64,000 bases of DNA from an uncultured candidate division Zixibacteria bacterium (GTDB lineage: Bacteria > Zixibacteria > MSB-5A5 > RBG-16-43-9): the NCBI GenBank assembly GCA_963713865.1, contig OY970208.1:1568001-1632000 (forward strand), read 5' to 3'. How positions within the stretch are numbered: the stretch's first letter is position 1; every line of letters starts with the position of its first letter. The translations under genes were made by a program, and so were the position numbers. Below, piece by piece: positions 59,659 through 64,000 of this stretch. The notes beneath the pieces are model-generated. The model saw nothing but the letters and a program-made list of their open reading frames with translations, made no database searches and was not told the origin of the DNA.

Positions 59659-61200
59659 ATGAAAAAGATTAATTTTTCTTTTATTCTGGGGATGCTCTTT
59701 ACGTTTTGCTTTTTTAATACTGGATATTCTTCTGAAGTGAAGGACAGGATTAAAGAGATCCAGATCAGCGGGAACCAATTTTATGACTTAAATAAACTTC
59801 GTTCCTGTATGAAGCTTAAGCCAGGCGATTCTTATTCAGATAAGCTTTTAGAGAAAAGCACGGAAGCTATTTTAAAGCTATATGATGATAACGGATTTCC
59901 ATACTGCCAGATCGATTTTGGGGATTTTAATTCGAGGGTAAATCCAGATGATGCTTCTCCCTGGCTTTCTTTTAAACTGAAGATAACTGAAGGTCCCCGG
60001 GTGAGAATACGTAAAACGGAGTTTGAAGGGAATAGATATACCAAAGAAGAAGTTTTAGAAAGGACGATAGCCATTGATAGCCTGGACTATTTTTCTCAGA
60101 AGAGACTGGAGGCAGGATTATTCAGGCTTCGCCGGCTTTATTTTATAAAGGAAGTTAAAAGCGCAGAGCTTATGCCAGAACCTGATCCCTCCTGGGCTGT
60201 TCTGAGCATAGAAGTGGAGGAGAAAAGACAGAACAGCGTCTTTGGCGTTTTAGGTTATGTCCCCTCGGTCCAGAATCGCAAAGGCTATTTCAGCGGAAAA
60301 CTGAATTTTGTTTTTGACAACATCTTCGGAACCGGGAAAAGAGCTGAGATCGACTGGAGCAAAAAAGACCCGTATTCTTCTGACCTTTTATTCTCTTACC
60401 GTGAACCATACCTCTTCCAGCTGCCTTTAGGCTGGGAATTGAACTTACGGCAAATAGATTATGATTCGAGTTATTTAAAGTTAGAGTTGAACACTTCTCT
60501 TAGTTATTTTCCAAAAGAAAAAATTATCTTAGGAATCTCTACGGGCTGGGAGAGGACAACTGCGGATGAAAGGTTGAAAAACAGTTTCCCTTCCAGCCGG
60601 AAGTATAAAGCCGGTGTTAAATTTTGTTTAGATTTATTAGACTTTCCGGTTAATCCAGGCAAAGGATTCTATTACCAGACCGAGATAATCTATGGAAGGA
60701 AAAATTACTTATCCACACCGGAGTCTAAGCCAGCAGAACTTTTAGCTTATGAGGCCAGAGTATTGATGGATTTAGATAACTTCATTCCGGTTTATAAGGA
60801 CCAGGTATTAGCTTTATCTTTTCATTTGCGGGAGATCAAAAGCTCAGAGGAAAAAATCTCTATACCGGACTTATTCTATTTAGGAGGTCTTAATTCGCTG
60901 AGAGGATACCGGGAGGAGGAATTTTCAGGTGATAAGCTTTTCTGGTCAAATTTAGAATACAGATTAATCTTAAGCTCAAACTCGCGAGCATATCTTTTCT
61001 GGGACTATGGATATTTCAGTCGCAAGTTAGAAAATCCTTTAACGAAAACTCTGTATGAGGTTTCAGGGAGTAAATCCGGATTCGGGTTAGGCTTGAAAGT
61101 TGATACCAGACTGGGAGTATATGAAGTGGATTACGCCTTAGGGGAGAAAGACAGGTTCTCAGAAGGGAAGATTCATTTCGGGATTTCTAATCGTTTTTAA
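59659..61200 (+). CDS. Omp85 (BamA/TamA family) protein with POTRA domains
   Basis: Signal peptide from ATG at 59659; POTRA I.ISGN and EGN.YTK; NIFGTG; lid motif LGGLNSLRGYRE; ends KIHFGISNRF. Confidence 0.9.
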   Translation: MKKINFSFILGMLFTFCFFNTGYSSEVKDRIKEIQISGNQFYDLNKLRSCMKLKPGDSYSDKLLEKSTEAILKLYDDNGFPYCQIDFGDFNSRVNPDDASPWLSFKLKITEGPRVRIRKTEFEGNRYTKEEVLERTIAIDSLDYFSQKRLEAGLFRLRRLYFIKEVKSAELMPEPDPSWAVLSIEVEEKRQNSVFGVLGYVPSVQNRKGYFSGKLNFVFDNIFGTGKRAEIDWSKKDPYSSDLLFSYREPYLFQLPLGWELNLRQIDYDSSYLKLELNTSLSYFPKEKIILGISTGWERTTADERLKNSFPSSRKYKAGVKFCLDLLDFPVNPGKGFYYQTEIIYGRKNYLSTPESKPAELLAYEARVLMDLDNFIPVYKDQVLALSFHLREIKSSEEKISIPDLFYLGGLNSLRGYREEEFSGDKLFWSNLEYRLILSSNSRAYLFWDYGYFSRKLENPLTKTLYEVSGSKSGFGLGLKVDTRLGVYEVDYALGEKDRFSEGKIHFGISNRF

Positions 61201-61225
61201 CATATAAATCATTACTGTCTTCGAG

Positions 61226-62059
61226 ATGGAAAGAATTAAAAGCTATTTTAGTTTAGTCCGTATTCAGAACAACTTTATCACCTTGGTCTCGGTATTATTA
61301 GGTGGTTTTGTAGGTGATGTATCTTCCTGGTTAAAATTGATTTTAGCAGCAAGCTCAGCCTTTTTTATTTCTGCTGGAGGTTATGCTCTAAACGACTATT
61401 TCGATTTAGAAATTGATAGAATCAATCGTCCACGACGGGTCTTGCCAGAAGGGCTTATCTCTCCAGAGAGGGCACTTTTATTCTCTATTTCTCTTTTTGT
61501 TTCAGGTTTTATTTTAAGTCTTCTTCTTAAACCTATTTCTGTGGTCATGTCAGTTGTAGCCATAATATTTCTCTCACTTTACAGTGCCAGATTCAAACGT
61601 GAGCTTCTGATTGGGAATATAACTGTCAGCCTTATATGTGCTCTGACTTTTATCTATGGTGGAGTTTTTTCTTATAATCCTGAAGTCTCTTTTATCCCGG
61701 CAATTTTTGCTTTTCTTTTTCATATGGGCAGGGAATTGGTTAAAGATATGGAGGACCTGGAAGGGGATAAAGCTTTAAAATCCGAGACTTTTCCAATTGC
61801 CTACGGGATAAAAAATTCACAATTGTTAGTTATTGCCATTTTTCTGATTTTAATCATCTTGACTGTTTTCCCATATAGACTGAACATCTTTTCCATATAT
61901 TATCTGATACTAGTTTTGGTTATGGATTTGATTCTGTTCTATATTATACTCTCCTTGTGGAACAATCCTTCAAGAGAAAATTTAAGTTCTTTAAGCCGGC
62001 TTTTAAAATTTGAGATGCTCTTAGGGCTTCTGGCGATTTTTACCGGTAAATTGATTTAA
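61226..62059 (+). CDS. UbiA-superfamily prenyltransferase, DGGGP-synthase-like
   Basis: NDYFDLEIDRINRPRRVLPEG and RELVKDMEDLEGD..TFP; multi-TM. Confidence 0.82.
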   Translation: MERIKSYFSLVRIQNNFITLVSVLLGGFVGDVSSWLKLILAASSAFFISAGGYALNDYFDLEIDRINRPRRVLPEGLISPERALLFSISLFVSGFILSLLLKPISVVMSVVAIIFLSLYSARFKRELLIGNITVSLICALTFIYGGVFSYNPEVSFIPAIFAFLFHMGRELVKDMEDLEGDKALKSETFPIAYGIKNSQLLVIAIFLILIILTVFPYRLNIFSIYYLILVLVMDLILFYIILSLWNNPSRENLSSLSRLLKFEMLLGLLAIFTGKLI

Positions 62060-62060
62060 A

Positions 62061-62160
62061 TGTAGTGGAGGTCTTCAGACCTCCATTGTAAAAATAAAGT
62101 TTGAGGAAAGAGAAGAAATGGATGACTAAAGTCTCAAGGCCTTGATAGCCTTCCTCTACA
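62061..62160. repeat. GTAGCGGAGGTC-family REP at end of operon
   Basis: tgtagtggaggtcttcagacctcc..gtctcaaggccttgatagccttcctctaca. Confidence 0.7.
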
Positions 62161-62432
62161 TTTTTTTCGCAGTTTTTCATAATGCTCGGTAAATTTCTGC
62201 GAGAAGGTAACTTAATATAAAATAAAGAGTTAAAAATTAGTTTCTTATTTTGAAAAGCAAAACCCTGCATCTTTTTAAAGTTAAGTTTTAAGTTCTACCC
62301 CTAATACGTTGCATTGTAAATAGATAGCCCTCATTCAATATTTTAAATATTGTTCTTTTCCTGGCACATTTTTTTATTATATTTACAATATAACTAATTA
62401 GTGTTTAGTGAACATTTTTCAAGGGGTGAAAA

Positions 62433-64000
62433 ATGAAAAAAGCGATACTACTTTTGGGTGTCTTCTTGTTTGCTTTTAATCTGACAACTGGGAAGGACTT
62501 AAAAAGTGTAAATCTATCTCTGGAATCTCAAAAGAATATATACGTCCCATCTGGAGATGTTTGTGTTCAACAATTGGTTCACAAAGAATCTAATCTTTGG
62601 CTAACTATTACAAACTGGGGTCTTCTGGGTAGTCTGGCTGGTTCGCTTAACGATTCAGAAACAGGTCTACCCGCACCTTCTGCAGAGTTTCCTGGTGGAT
62701 CTGATCTGGACTATCTTTATCAGGGGGCTATCTGGGTTGGAGGAGTGGTGGAAGGGGAGACTTTAGTTTCGGTAGGAACTGATGGCTGGCTTATGGATTA
62801 TGAGATGTCTCCGGATGTCTGTCCTGAAGGAGGGATAAAGAAACTCGATGAGTTTGGAGACCAAGAATTTTTAGCAGTCTATGTTGATACACTGCCTCCT
62901 TCTGCCTGGGATCACTGGGAACCTTATGAATATAGATACCACAAGCCTTTAAATGTTGAAATCAGCCAGCACAGCTATTCCTGGATAAGTCCACCTTATG
63001 ACGATTTTGTTCTCCTGGATTATACGATTAGAAATTTCGGGGACAAGTTCATATCTAAGGCTTATATCGGGTTTTATATGGATACGGATATATATCACTT
63101 ATCAAATGCTGATTCAGGTTATAGAGATGACATTACTGGTTATGTTGAAAAAACAATTGGATTGCCTGAAGGAGTAAAAAAGATAGATATGGCCTGGGCG
63201 GCTGATAATAATGGGGATTTAGATAAAGGTCAAATCACTCAAAGAAGTCCAATCGGAGTTTTCGGGTTCAAGCTTTTAGGTTCTTCCAGCCTAGAGCCTA
63301 CAATATCTTTTAATTGGTGGGTATGTAATGGTGAGGATCCAGATAGCTTAGATTTTGGACCCTGGGAAAAATCTAATTGGGATTTATGGAATAATACTTA
63401 TGGTATCTGGTGCGAAGGTGGTAAAGGAACTCCCTGTGGTGATCGGGCGAAGTATTTCTTGATGTCCAATGGAGAATTCGATTACGACCAGATCTATGCC
63501 TGTATCGATCAGAGCGATTCCGGCTGGTTGCCACCACCAGCCATCTGTGCAGATTTAGCCGATGGGTATGATACCAGATTTCTTTATTCATTTGGACCTT
63601 TTGATATTCCAGCCAAGGATAGTATTAATTTCGCAGTCGGGATAATAATGGGGGATAGTCTTCACATAGGGGAAACTCCTTTTGATAATCAAAATCCGCA
63701 AGATTTTTACTCCAAACTAAATTTCGATGACTTGATTTTTAATGTTATTATGGCTCAAAGAGTTTTTGAGTCAGGTTATACTCTGCCACCGCCGGGTCCA
63801 CCAAGAGATTTAAAAGCTCTGAATTTGTCTGATTCAACCTTGCTTTTGTCCTGGTCTCCCAAAAAACATCATGATTTAAAAGGGTATAATATTTACAGAA
63901 GCTCGATTTCAGGTGAATATTCAGATATTCCAATTAATTCTGAGGTAATTAAAGATACTTTCTATCTTGATAATGGATTGGTTGAAGGTGATACCTACTA
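62433..64000 (+). CDS. Large secreted protein with FN3 domain (5' part only, runs off window; absent from ORF track)
   Basis: Hand translation is open from ATG at 62433 to the edge: MKKAILLLGVFLFAFN.., HKESNLWLTITNWG, SAEFPGGSDLDYLYQGAIWVGG, DTRFLYSFGPF, then PGPPRDL..LLSWSP..GYNIYRS. Confidence 0.85.
   Translation, partial: MKKAILLLGVFLFAFNLTTGKDLKSVNLSLESQKNIYVPSGDVCVQQLVHKESNLWLTITNWGLLGSLAGSLNDSETGLPAPSAEFPGGSDLDYLYQGAIWVGGVVEGETLVSVGTDGWLMDYEMSPDVCPEGGIKKLDEFGDQEFLAVYVDTLPPSAWDHWEPYEYRYHKPLNVEISQHSYSWISPPYDDFVLLDYTIRNFGDKFISKAYIGFYMDTDIYHLSNADSGYRDDITGYVEKTIGLPEGVKKIDMAWAADNNGDLDKGQITQRSPIGVFGFKLLGSSSLEPTISFNWWVCNGEDPDSLDFGPWEKSNWDLWNNTYGIWCEGGKGTPCGDRAKYFLMSNGEFDYDQIYACIDQSDSGWLPPPAICADLADGYDTRFLYSFGPFDIPAKDSINFAVGIIMGDSLHIGETPFDNQNPQDFYSKLNFDDLIFNVIMAQRVFESGYTLPPPGPPRDLKALNLSDSTLLLSWSPKKHHDLKGYNIYRSSISGEYSDIPINSEVIKDTFYLDNGLVEGDTY

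Noticed and set aside
63373-63933. Two small minus-strand ORFs
   Set aside because: Antisense to the long open + strand CDS starting at 62433

Overview
AT-rich bacterial chromosome segment. Almost all genes lie on the + strand, many have Shine-Dalgarno RBSs, and several have sigma70-type TTGACA/TATAAT promoters. Dockerin- and FlgD/T9SS-CTD-tagged secreted proteins plus porX, porU and porV point to a non-Bacteroidota FCB-group lineage, most like candidate Zixibacteria (inference). 1-15 kb: sensor kinase, porX (PglZ response regulator), tsaE-tsaB-rimI-accD-folC, yicC-gmk-rpoZ-topA-xerC-hslVU. 15-43 kb: dockerin- and CTD-tagged secreted proteins and metabolic genes (argF, class III aminotransferase, divergent SucC/SucD, class 3 asparaginase, TrpB2, LeuC-like, FBA II, a 120-bp-repeat TPR gene), separated by several families of nested REP-like palindromes. 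43-62 kb is the main highlight, an apparent ~19 kb operon. It encodes a PorU sortase, a PorV barrel carrying a ~530-aa LysM/beta-propeller insertion, an M6 protease cargo, two DUF5683-like paralogues, an NHL lipoprotein, a 1151-aa barrel with SprA-like motifs, an Omp85 protein and a DGGGP-synthase-like prenyltransferase. Together these look like a variant type IX-like secretion/surface-attachment module. Seven single-base indels split porX (3), xerC, the dockerin gene and porU (2); they are most likely sequencing errors. No rRNA, tRNA, CRISPR array or transposase was seen.
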